DNA of 64,000 bases from assembly GCA_002269645.1 (NCBI GenBank), contig NIVC01000211.1, forward strand, positions 186,001 through 250,000. Direction: 5' to 3'. The translations under genes and the position numbers were made by a program. The notes under the pieces are model-generated. The model had not been told where the DNA came from, ran no database searches, and was given only the letters and a program-made list of their open reading frames with translations. How positions within the stretch are numbered: position 1 is the first letter of the stretch; each line of letters opens with the position of its first letter. Positions 44,550 to 56,800 of this stretch are shown here, in pieces. The stretch comes from Macrostomum lignano. Taxonomy: Eukaryota.

Positions 44550-47500
44550 TGTACTCTGCCCCCCCCTTTCTCGGCACGTTGATTTTAACTCCTGTGTACA
44601 TTGCATCATAGATGTACACTTACTCTAGAGCAATCGATTACAGAGCTTTGAGCTCAAATATATCATCGCACCCCACGCCCAAGTCGGGGCCGTAAGCTTT
44701 TGGTTCATCTAAACTTCTGTCTCTCGCGTCAGTCACTACACTGGCGTCGCAAGCTAAGCTATGTCTACTGAAAACAGTGGCCAGACACGTAACGTTGTTC
44801 AACTGCAACTGCCTTCACCTGAGCCATTCAACGTCAACCAAGAAGCACACGCACTGTCATCACGGTGGGAAGATTGGTCGTCGCGCTTTCTGTGCTTCAT
44901 CCACGCCTCCGGAGTCAAGGATCCGGCCCAGCAGAGACAAGTCCTGCTCTACACAGGCGGGAGGGAGCTGGCCGAGCTATACAAACAGCTGACTAACAAC
45001 GGAAACACCGTCGAAGAACTCATCAAGGCTTTCAAGGACCACTTCACAGGCCGCAGGTGCGTGGTGTTCTCAAGATACGAGTTCCGAAACTGCACGCAGC
45101 AACCAGGCCAGAGCATCGACGCATGGGTCAGTCAGCTATACAAGGCCGCGGAAAGCTGCGACTTCGACAATTTGCGCGACTCCCTCATCCGCGACCAGAT
45201 TGTCGCCGGATGCAACACCGAGCAACTCAGAAGACGGCTACTGCAGACCGCCAACATCAACTTGCAGGATGCACTTCAGCTGTGCCGAGCCTTCGAAGCC
45301 GCTAGCTACCAGTCAGCGGCCATAGAGTCACGCCGCGACGAGACAGTCAACTCAATGAGGCGCACCAGAGGTGAGCAACAAGACGGACCATCGTACAAGC
45401 CTGGCAGCAAGTCCAAGTGCTACCGATGCGGAGAAACCGGACACCGTAGCTGCGACGCGGCCAAAGGCAAAACATGCAACATCTGTAAAAAGGTGGGCCA
45501 CCTGGCGAAGGCCTGTATGTCTAAGGGCAACTCCAGAGACCGCGTGCACACCATTGGCGGTCAGCATCAACACCCGGAAGAATCCAGCAAGTCACCAAGC
45601 GACGAAGGGGAGGTCTTCTGCCTGATTGCGAATAAGCTGCCGCTGATGAGCATCTCTATCAACGGTAAGCGGGTCGAGGCGCTCATCGATAGTGGCGCCA
45701 GCTGCAATGTCATCGACCAGGCGACTTTTCAAGATCTCAAAACAGCCAAAACGCCACTGCTTCGATCAGTACGGCAGCTGTACCCGTTCGGCTCGAAGAC
45801 ACCACTGGCGACCGCCGGCAGAGCTGAGCTCCTTGTCAAAATCAGCGGTCTCGAGGAAGTAGTGGACTTCACAGTAGTGCAAGACCCGGGCGTCACCATT
45901 CTCGGAAGGGCAACGAGCGAGAAGTTCAGAGTACTACGAGTGGGTCCGGCGCCGGAAACTCGCATCAACAGCATCGGGAGTGCCGACAAGGCAAAGGCAA
46001 TGGAGTCCTCGAGTCCGGAGGCCAACTCAGCTAACCTTCCAGCAAACCTCCAGCTTGATAACATCCTCAAAAAGCACCGGGCGCTCTTCCAAGGAGTTGG
46101 CTGCGTCAAGGACGTCGAAGTGAGCATCCGACTCAAGGACAACGCTATCCCAGTGTGCCACCCGCCTAGCCGAGTGCCAATCCACCTACGAGACGCAGCC
46201 ATCAAAGAGCTCGACGCCCAGCTCAGCGAAGGCATCATCGAGCGAGTATCTGAGCCTTCCGAATGGGTCGCTAGAATGGTAGTGGTACCAAAAAGCACTC
46301 CGAACCAGGTGCGAATCACCCAAGACCTTCGAGACCTCAATCAATACGTAGTGCCGGAGAAGCAGCCGATTCCGACCTATGAAGAGGTCACAGACGAAAT
46401 GGCCGGTTCACACTTCTTCTCGGAGCTAGACATCAATAAAGCCTTTCACCAAATCAAGGTCGATCAGGAGTCACGCAAGTTTCTGACCTTCTCGACACCA
46501 CTGGGCTTAATGAGGCTCACGCGCCTCTGTATGGGTTTCACGTCGGCTTCAGAAATTCTACAGCGTGTGATGTCTACAGTACTCAGCGGCCTGCCAGGAG
46601 TGAGATGGGTGCACGACGACATCATTGTGTATGCCCGGGACATTCAGGAGCACAACAGTCGCCTAGCTAGCTGCCTTCAGCGTCTTCAGGGACACGGCCT
46701 GACTCTCAACCCGTCCAAGTGCAAATTTGCGGTGCCGGAGGTCAACTTCCTGGCCATGCGACTGTCGGCAAAAGGGATCCAGCCAGCTGAAGCCAAGGTG
46801 TCGGCGATCAAAAGCTTCAAAGAGCCAACGAACGCCTCGGAAGTCCGCTCCTTCCTCGGTCTGGTTACGTTTGTCAGTCGCTTCATGCCAGGCCTGGCGG
46901 ACATGACGAAGCCGTTGCGGGACCTGACCAAGAAGAGTGCAAGCTGGCAGTGGGGCGAGCAGCAGGCCAAGGCTTTTCAAGAAGTCCGAGATCGCATCGC
47001 AGTCGACAGCCCACTGGTCTTCTTCGACAAGCACCGGCATACCGAACTCGTTGTCGACGCCAGCCCCATCGGACTCGGCGCCATTCTTTGCCAGATTCAG
47101 TCCGACGGCTCATCCAAGCCGGTTGCATTCGCAAGCAGAGCCCTATCGGCAGTCGAGTCGAGGTACTCACAGACGGAACGGGAGGCTCTCGCAATCAAGT
47201 TCGGCTGCCTGAAATTTCGACACTATCTCAGCGGCGCCGCCAACTTTACTGTCGTCACCGACCACAAGCCGCTGACCATCATGCTCAAGCCCGGCTCGCG
47301 CCCACCTCCACGCATCGAGCGCATGGCGCTCAGCATCCAGGACATGCAGTTCAGCGTCATCTATCGGCCAGGCCCCTTCAACCCGAGCGACATCCTCAGC
47401 CGGCAGCCAGAGCCCGCTCCGACATCGATCAACATCGGCGAGATCCTAGACACAAACTTCATCGGCAGCATCGCGCAAGCGGCGACGCCAAGAGGCCTGT

Positions 47501-48665
47501 CCCTGCAGCAAGTCCGGGAAGCCACGGCCCGTGATGCCATTCTATCGACTGTGCTGTCATCATTGAGAACAGGCAATTGGGATCTGCGGGACGACAGCAT
47601 CCGACGACTGCACGCCGCCAGGCACGAGTTGACCGAGGCTTCTGGTGTTCTGCTGCGAGACCAAAGATTGGTAATCCCAAAAGCCCAGCGGCCCGTTGTC
47701 CTGCAGCTGGCTCATCAAGGACATCAAGGCGAGACCAAAACACTGCGCCGACTCAACTCCAAGGTCTGGTGGCCCGGAATGTCAGCTGAGGCCAAGCAAC
47801 TGGTGGCACAGTGCCTGGAATGTGCGGCCACCAACCATCAAGCGGAAGTTTCGGCAGCCCCACTGCAACCGACTGAGCTGCCAGAGTCTGCCTGGTCCAC
47901 TATCGGCATCGACTTTCTTGGACCTGCCAACGGTCGACATTTCCTGGTGATCATAGAGCACTACTCGCGCTACCCCATCGTCGTGGTGATGAAGTCGATC
48001 ACAGCTGACCGCACCACCAGACAGTTACAGCAGGTCTTCGCGACCCTCGGGATTCCCCAGCAAATCGTGACGGACAACGGTCCGACATTCACATCAGAAG
48101 CCTTCAGGAGTTTCGTCACAAGCCACGGAATCAGCCACCGGCGCATCACACCGTACCATCCCGAGGCCATTGGCATTACCGAGCGAATCAACAGGTCCCT
48201 GAACAAGCTGCTCCGCATCTTCAACGCCCAAGGAACCGACTGAGGACGGCATTGCAGGAGTGGCTCGCCGCGTACCGCAGCACTCCGCACACGGCCACAG
48301 GAGTCGCCCCAGCCGACCTGATGTTCGGGAGACCAGTCCAAGACTGCATTCCAGGAGTCAAGCCGCAGGCTGCAGCAAAGACGGTCAGGAACAGAGACCG
48401 TCAGTACAAAGCCGCCATGAAGCACTACGCCGACGCGACAAGATCAGCCGCAGAGCATCGCATCCAAGCTGGCGATAAAGTCCTCCGCAGAAAAATCCAG
48501 CCATCGAAAACGGACACGCCATTTGAAATTCAGCCTTGGACAGTCACGGAGGTCAAAGGCGATTCTGTCATCCTGGAGAGCACGGGCGGCAGCAACTGCA
48601 TGCGCCACGCCAGCGACGTTAAGCGACTGCCAGAGCGGCCAACAGGAGACGGACCAGACGAGACC
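44550..48665 (+). mobile_element. Gypsy/Ty3 (Mag-like) LTR retrotransposon. Single gag-pol ORF 44761-48243 with a frameshift near its end; no 3' LTR.
   Basis: LTR end ...CACTACA, PBS TGGCGTCGCAAGC (~44741), two Cys knuckles, LIDSGAS, VHDD, VDASP/RNase H, and integrase GIDF/TDNGP/TERIN. GAC TG AGG (W codon lost a base) at 48241. The left LTR boundary is uncertain. Confidence 0.92.
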
Positions 48666-49747
48666 GACTCTGTCGATTCGCATCGATCCCAATACGCTCC
48701 AATCGCGCAAGGGCTCGTCGAAGAAAGTCGGCCGCGTGTCGATCATCGGGCTGAATGTGAAGGCGGACCAAGGCTTGTCCAGCCGACAGTCCGGGCTTTC
48801 CGTGATGGCGAAGGTGAAAAACTCGGGCAGGAGGGCCGACCTCGTCTTTCTGTGCAGCTCGTTCCGCAGGTGCCAGCAACTTAGAAACGAGCTCGTGAGC
48901 AACCCGTCGAACATCGGCCAGGCGCTGCATTTCGAAGCTCTCGGCAGAGTCGGCAGCATTCCGGTGAGGTTCGGCTTCAGGAGCAGCGCCAACCTGCCGA
49001 GGCTGAGCTGCAACCGGCACCGCTGGATCGTGTTCCAGAGGCGGGTCGACGGCAGCCTCTCGTTCGCTCAGAACTGGGACTCCTATGTGAAGGGATTCGG
49101 AAATCCCAGCTCCAACTACTGGATGGGTGAGTTGAGCAGAAGCGGAGATAAAGAGCATCAGTTTCCTGGTGAAAGTAGCATCCAGTCCTTTTTTATAAAA
49201 TTGCAAACTTGCTTTTTACAGTTTCGAAGTAGGAGCTAATTGCAAAAATATTTAACAATAAAGTAGCTCATATTCTATTTTCACCCACAGGCTTGGACCG
49301 GCTGTCCGAGATGACGAAAACTGGTGAAAAGAACGGCTTCGCCCTGACTTCTCGGTGCCGGTTGAGAATCGAGGTCCAGAGCTTCAGAGGCGGGAGGTAC
49401 AACGCCGAGTTCAGAATGTTCCAAGTGCTCGGTCCTGAGCAGCAGTACCGCCTGCGCGTCGGACTGCAGGTCGGCCGGTCAGAACTGGGCAACTGGTTTC
49501 TGTACCACAACAATATGAGGTTCAGCACATTCGACAGAGATCACGACTTACATCGCGACGCGCGCATTCGTGCTCTCGATTGTACGGCTACGGTGGTTGG
49601 TGGTACGGCGGGTGTCACTGGGTGAACCTGAACGGAGCCTACACCACCGACACAAAAATCACTAACGATCCAACGTACATGAGCTTCTACGTGCACGAGA
49701 AACACGTTCCAATGAGGCGCAGTCTGATGAAATTCAGGTGCTATTGA
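48666..49747 (+). pseudogene. FReD copy 2: 5'-truncated and fused to Gypsy, with a frameshift in exon 2. Exon pieces 48666-49126 and 49291-49747.
   Basis: Near-identical to copies 1 and 3 from GACTCTGTCGATT onward. A frameshift after GATCACGAC shifts HSCSRLYGYGGWWYGGC out of frame. Confidence 0.9.
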
Positions 49748-50589
49748 TCTTCCGCTCGTACTGTTCAGAAGACAGTTCTGACTCTTGACTGCTTATTTTT
49801 TATTCAAGATTTCTTGGTACATGGTGCTTTTCTGAATTCGGGTTATAAAATCAATACAATTACTATCTTTTAGCTTCCTCACGTGAGAACAGACTCAAAG
49901 TTTCTACAAAGTTGCCAAAGAGGAAAACGCAAAATAAATAATAATTATTCTTGTGGTTTTTACAATAGCCACACGGTGTTTTAGTGAAGATTTAATTTAT
50001 GATTGTAAGATGCGCTCAATGTTAAATGTAGGGTGAAAAGTTTATCTTTAAAATTTAAAAATTTCGATCTTATTTGTTTTTTATTTTGCTCTCTAAACAG
50101 TGAAATTGGCCTGTCTCTAGGCAAATAATATTAAGATCCATTCATTTAGACGAATTAAACAAAGGGGCTTCAGAGCACCTTCTCCACATTTTAAGAACAA
50201 AACAGAAACAGTCTGAATGTGTCTGTGAGTTCTGGTAGAAGCCAACCTTGGAATGGATAAGAGAATATTCGATGGAGAGTATTTTATTGCTACTCTTCAG
50301 TAGGCAAAAGAGCTTGTAGAGAGTTAAAGAGACAAAGGTTCGATTTGTTTTAGCAAGTGTAGCTTAGCAATCGCTGATTGCTAACAAGCATTCTAAGAGC
50401 TGGCAGAAACCTGCACAGGTACAAACATCGATAAGTACATTTGCTGAGGTTTGTCGAGTTTTGCTCATTTACTGCGAGATTGTTTTTATGTGCAAAACTC
50501 TGGTTGCCTTCAATAAATCTTAGATTCCATTTTGCCTCCAAGTTTTTTAAATCTATCGTTTTTGCATATGATTATTGATTCCCTCAATC

Positions 50590-50950
50590 AGAAATTTGTC
50601 CACAGAGGTGGGTGAATGGCCTGTGCTGAACTCTAAATACGATAATTAAAAATACATCTTCACATATCTTGCAAGGACTTTCGGATATTCTGGGACAGTT
50701 GCATAAATTGATGGCTTTTGATGTTCGGTAAAGAAAATTTTCAACAGTTTCGTGTCCATGGACGCTTGACTTGCTGTGTTCAAGGACTTCACTGGCCAGG
50801 ACACAGCAGCTCGAGCTCGAGTGAAATTCGCTCAGATGCTCAGTGGTTCCGAGGCTGACCCCGTAGCAGTGCATAGCCCTTTCAGACACTTCGAGTCAGC
50901 CGATGACAGTCCCAGATTCATGCAGTTACTCGAATGGATTTTTCGAGCAA
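50590..50950 (-). mobile_element. Possible degraded hAT C-terminal dimerisation remnant
   Basis: DTKLLKIFF...VPEYPKVLARYVKMYF*LSYL resembles the EYP.L...A...L...TYLCE motif. Weak. Confidence 0.3.
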
Positions 50951-51319
50951 GGCATTGATGAAGCTTCAACTGAACCGACTGCACCAAAAAAACAATTGAT
51001 TCAGAATTGCTGCACGTTCGCCAGTTCCGGTGAATGAGAATCCAGAGACATTGCTGCCTGGGTTTACCCCCGAGTCGCCGATTCCCGATTCGCCGATTCC
51101 TGGTTCGCCGAAATTCCCGAGTCGCCGATTCCCGATTTGCCGAAATTCCTGATTTGCCGAAATTCCTTATTTGCCGAAATTCCTCATTTGCCGAATCCCG
51201 ACTTGCCGATTTCCTGGTTTGCCGAAATTCCTCATTAGCCGAAATTCCTGATTTGCCGAAATTCTTAATCGCTGCTCTGGAACTTTTTGAACTTTTTTGA
51301 AGAAATTACCACTATGGAT

Positions 51320-51510
51320 ATGGATAATATGGATAATACGGATATGCAGATACATGGACATCTGGATAATACGGATATGCAGATACATGGACATCTGGAT
51401 AATACGGATATGCAGATGCATGAACATCTGGATAATACGGATATGCAGATACATGGACATCTGGATAATACGGATATGCAGATACATGGACCTCTGGATA
51501 ATACGGATAT
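51320..51510. repeat. 33-bp tandem repeat upstream of FReD copy 3 (fewer copies before copy 1)
   Basis: GCAGATACATGGACATCTGGATAATACGGATAT repeated ~5 times here and ~2 times at 10095-10170. Confidence 0.9.
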
Positions 51511-51626
51511 GCGAATCCTCTCAGCGCAGTGTCAATCGGGTATATATATTCCCAGTCTTGCCGCGGCCCTCATCGCCTCGGTCAGAACTCAGTCAAGCAC
51601 TCTAACAAGCTCAACTTGCACCCAAA

Positions 51627-52949
51627 ATGCAGTCCTGGACTCTGCTCACCGGCCTTCTGCTGGGTCTCGCCTGCTGCACGGTTTCTGCAGATTCCAACGG
51701 ACAGTCGGGTTACATGGACGTGAGCAGCTTCGCTCGAGTCGGCACCACCACATTCAAAGGATCGAAGTTGGGCGTCTTTGAAATCGATGGCGTTCGCGTT
51801 GCCGAGCCGAGAGTCTCGTTCCAGTCCTCATGCAGTGCCGTGGAGTTCAGTCGGATGTACATGAAGTACCAACTGACTCTGTCGATTTGCATCGATCCCA
51901 ATACGCTCCGATCGCGCAAGGGCTCGTCGAAGAAAGTCGACCGCGTGTCAATCATCGGGCTGAATGTGAAGGCGGACCGAGGCTTGTTCAGCCGACAGTC
52001 CGGGCTTTCCGTGATGGCGAAGGTAAAAAACTCGGGCAGGAGTGTCGACCTCGTCTTTCTGTGCAGCTCGTTCCGCAGGTGCCAGCAACTCAGAAACGAG
52101 CTCGTGAGCAACCCGTCGAACATCGGCCGGGCGCTGCAGTTTGAAGCTCTCGGCAGAGTCGGCAGCATTCCGGTGAGGTTCGGCTTCAGGAGCAGCGCCA
52201 ACCTGCCGAGGCTGAGCTGCAACCGGCACCGCTGGATCGTGTTCCAGAGGCGGGTCGACGGCAGCCTCTCGTTCGCTCAGAACTGGGACTCCTATGTGAA
52301 GGGATTCGGAAATCCCAGCTCCAACTACTGGATGGGTGAGTTGAGCAGAAGCGGAGATAAAGAGCTTCAGTTACTGGTGAAAGCAGCATCCAGTCCTTTT
52401 TTTACAAAATTGCAAACTTGCTTTTTACAGTTTCGATGTAGGAGCTAATTGCAAAAATATTTAACAATAAAGTAGCTTATTCTCTATTTTTAACCCACAG
52501 GCTTGGACCGGCTGTCCGAGATGACGAAAACTGGTGAAAAGAACGGCTACGCCCTGACTTCCCGGTGCCGGTTAAGAATCGAGGTCCAGAGCTTCAGAGG
52601 CGGGAGGTACAACGCCGAGTTCAGAATGTTCCAAGTGCTCGGTCCTGAGCAGCAGTACCGCCTGCGCGTCGGACTGCAGGTCGGCCGTTCAGAACTGGGC
52701 AACCGGTTTCTGCCCCACAACAATATGAGGTTCAGCACATTCGACAGAGATCACGTCACCTGGAAGCATTCGTGCTCTCGAAAGTTTGGCTACGGTGGTT
52801 GGTGGTTTAACAGGTGTCACAGTGTGAACCTGAACGGAGCCTACACCACCGACACAAAAATCACGAATAATCCAACGTACATGAGCTTCGTCGTGCACGG
52901 GAAATACGTTCCAATGAGGCGCAGTCTGATGAAATTCAGGTGCTATTGA
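51627..52949 (+). CDS. Secreted FReD protein, copy 3. Exons 51627-52335 and 52501-52949, 385 aa.
   Basis: Same structure as copy 1, with an intact phase-1 GT-AG intron and open frame. Confidence 0.9.
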
Positions 52950-53869
52950 TCTTCCGCTCGTGTTGTTCAGCAGACAGTTCTGACTCTTGACTGCTGTTTT
53001 TTATTCAAGACTTGTTAGTGTGTTGGAAAGTACACTTTTTCTTTTTTTATGGCTTGCTTTTGCGAGATCATTCTCAAAATTTCAATTATTTTGGCAAGAG
53101 AAAAACGCAAAATTATAACATCTTATTCTATTTGATCTATTTGCGTACATTCAAAGACGCTGCAAATATGTACGAATGCTGTTTTTGTGGCAAGTCAATT
53201 AATCAACGATTAATTATTTAATAAAATCAAATTATGATTTCGATAATAAAAGTAGTTTTAAAATCTTAGAAAGCGTCCTTTTGTATCTTCTTTGCCAACT
53301 GTCTGTCAGTGATAGCGAACTTGTATTTGATTGCACGCTCACCCGCATCCTCAATCATGTACGTAATTTTATGGATTTTTGAGCTGCATTGAATCGACTG
53401 AAATCGAATATTTGTATTGCCGTGTAACACGAGCTGCTTTTACAAAAACAAACTTCTCTTTCGTCGCGCGCTCATTACACTTTGAAAATCGGAAAGTTGC
53501 TTTGTTTCTTTTCGCTTTGCTCTCCACTCCAGGAAGCGGCACCGGCCTGTCCCAGCCCAATTTTAAAAAAAATGCGGACTTATTAAATTTGAAAAGTCCA
53601 CAAAAGATTGTCCGATGTATTTTAGGGCACCTTCTCGCACCTGAAACGCAGCAGAGAATATTCGAAAAATCGCATCAGATTCTTTTATTGCTACTCGTCA
53701 GTAGGGAAATACGTTGTAAAGGGTTAGCTGAAGGTCGACTTAACGATCTTTCTATCTGTCGAGTAGGGATCATTGACATGAAGCTTCAACCGAACCGACT
53801 GCACTAAAAGACCAATTGATGCAGAATTGCTGGCACGCCAGTTCCAGTTAATGATCCATCATGTAGAAC

Positions 53870-56800
53870 CCATTCGCTGGTCTACGTCGTTTGGCAAGGC
53901 GGCTTACAGAGTTTGATTTCTAAATTTTTTCTGTTCAGATTTACGCAGGCTGAATTCCAGATGCACTTTGTTTGGGCAACTGATGCACCGTTTCGCCAAA
54001 AAACGAGTTATTCCTCTGGCGAATCCTTAAAATCGTTCTTTGCATTCGAACACTTCTCACTGTTCATCGCGATGTACTCAGCAAAAACTGGCTGTCGTTT
54101 GAATTCAATCATTCGGTGCACCTTGAGCAGCTTTCTGTCTTGCAAACGGTAGTACTGTAAGAATGCAAAACGTAAGAAAAAATATTGTGGCATCTGCACT
54201 ACATGGTAATGCATTGCACCCTCATTTGAACTGGTGCCATTTTGTGGTTTTTTGTGGTTGCTTTGTTGTCTACTCAGTTTTCGGGTGATGCATATTTACA
54301 AATGACATTCCTCCACGAATGCCCTTCTCAGATATTATGTTCATTTTCTATGGCATGCAGTTGAAAAAAGTGTACGGCTTTCGAGGTTGTCAATTGCTGC
54401 AGGCTAAGCTTTCGAAACCCTAAAAAATGTCATGAGCTGGCCGAATTTTTACAGTTCTTGGTAAGCTAGCATGTAGTCGTGCAGCTTTTTTCCAGCAAAA
54501 TGCATTTGCTGAATGTTGAAATGAACAAGTCATGAGCTGAGAGTATGCGAGACAAGACGAATGTGCCAAGTGCACCGACCGCCAACGATACGATTTATTA
54601 CAAGCGAGGTTCAATAGTAGCCACCCCCACCCCAGGGCTAAAACACCAACAATGTACATTAAAATCACGATAGAGCAGAGACGTGCAAAGAGCGTGAGCC
54701 ACGGACCAAGAGTACACGCACAGAGTTAAGAATACAAACAATACACGGAGTAAAAGCGCACCCCAACCCCACGCACCAGGCCCAACACTGCCCCCCGCCA
54801 AAGCAAACAAAGACTGAAACCACAAGAACAAAATCAAAGAGTCAAGTACAGTCACAAAGAGTCACTAGACTTTATAGCAGACAGGCTGGCGAGGCCGAAG
54901 CTCGTACGGCTCTCGCTGGCCACTGTTCATTGGCGCCACCGTTGGTTCCGGATCAGGAAGGTGCTCAACCATGGCGCCAGGAAGCTGCTCCGGCAACTCC
55001 GCCTCAGGTTCAGCCCCCTCAGGCGACCCAGGCGCACTCGGCCGGCCGGTCCACTGATTCGAGTGCGCCAGCCGCAGGCCGCCGTCCGATTGGTCCGCAG
55101 GGGCTACCAGAGCCGTGTTCTGGCCGTGCTGCACCACGAACTTGCCCGGAACCGGCGAAAATCCCGGACGCATCCTCAGCCAGATTGGATCGCCCACCTG
55201 CTCAGTCATGGTTAGCGGGTGGCGAAGGCGACGACCCCACATCAGAACGTCCGGAGATGCCGCTCTATTTCCACTGGGCCGGCTGGTCCTGATCGTCAGC
55301 AGCAGTTTCTGCAGGAAGTGGTCGAACGGCACTATCTTCGTCCACGCCTTGAGTCCATCCTTGATGATCCTCACCAGCCTTTCTGCCTGACCGTTCGAGG
55401 CCGGATGGTACGGTGGAGTGTGCAGCTCCTGGCACCCGATGCTGCGCAGCCACTGGGACACTTTCTCCGACTTGAACTCCGGCGCATTGTCCGACACCAG
55501 CGTCCGAGGCACTCCGTTCCTGGCAAATACCGCTCTCAGAACCCGCAGGACACTGTCCGCAGTTCGGTCTGGCACCTGAATCGCCTCAGGCCACCCGGAG
55601 TAGGAGTCCGACAGCAGCAGTAGCAGGCCGACACCAGAAATCTCACAATGGTCCATGTGAACCCGGGACCATGGCTCACTCTCGGCTGGCCAGGTGTCGA
55701 TTCTTCGCTGCAGGACTGGCCGAGTTTCTGAACACTGCTGGCAGCGCTCCACAAAGCTGCGAACATCGCGATCGAGACCCGGCCACCAGAACTCCTTGGA
55801 GATGTGCGCCTTGGTGTTGTCGGCGCTCTGATGCACCTCGTCGTGCGCCACCTCCAGAATGCGCCTGCGGAGAACAGGTGGGGGCACAATTCTGGTTCCG
55901 TGGATCACCAGACCGTCTTCCACCGACAGCGCCTCCCGGCACGCTTTGTACGGCCTCTCCACCTGCGACACCTGGCCCCACCGGCCTGTTCTGATCCTCT
56001 GCTGCAGCCGCTTCATCAACGCGCACATCCTGGTTCCCTCACGAAGATCCTGCAGAGTCACAAGAGCTCCTTCTGACACGACCTCTTCATGCTCCAACTG
56101 GTGCACAGCGTCACTTGGAGGGTCTTGGGCAGCAAAACTCAAGCGAGACAAGGCATCCGCATCCACCATCAGTCTTCCTGGCACATACTCAACCTCGTAG
56201 TCAAAAGCAGACAGTCGCAGGGCCCAGCGAGTTAGTCTTGCCGACACTGTTTTAGGAAGGTTCTTGCTGGGATTGAAGATGTACTTCAGTGGCTCGTGGT
56301 CAGTCTGGAGCGTGAACCTCTTCCCCAGGAGCATCTTGCGGGCTCGCTCCACCGCCCAGACAATGGCCAGAGCCTCCCGCTCAATTTTGGAGTAGTTGGC
56401 CTCAGACTTGGTCAGCGCCCGAGAGAGGTACATGACTGGGTGCCCTGACTGCACCAGCACAGCGCCCAGAGACTGCTCGCTAGCATCCACCCGCAGACGC
56501 ACCGGCGAGTTGACGTCAAACGGTTTCACACACGGATTCGAGCTCAGGCTCTGCTTCACATTGGTGAACGCTGCCTCGGCAGCCGCACTCCAGTCAAACA
56601 CACGGTCCGCTCGACGAAGTTCCTGCAGAGGCCGACACTTCTCAGCAAAGTTGGGAACCAACCGACCATAGAACTGCGCCAAGCCCAGAAACCGCTCTAG
56701 ATCCTTCTTGCTTTTCGGAGCCTCCACATCCTGAATCTTCTGCACCATTCCCGGATCCGGCTTGATCCCCTCTTCATCGATGATGTGGCCCAGGAACTTT

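Noticed and set aside
51287-51781. ORF with MDNTDMQIHGHL repeats upstream of and overlapping FReD
   Set aside because: Translation of the 33-bp promoter VNTR; its length differs between paralogues and it overlaps the true gene out of frame.
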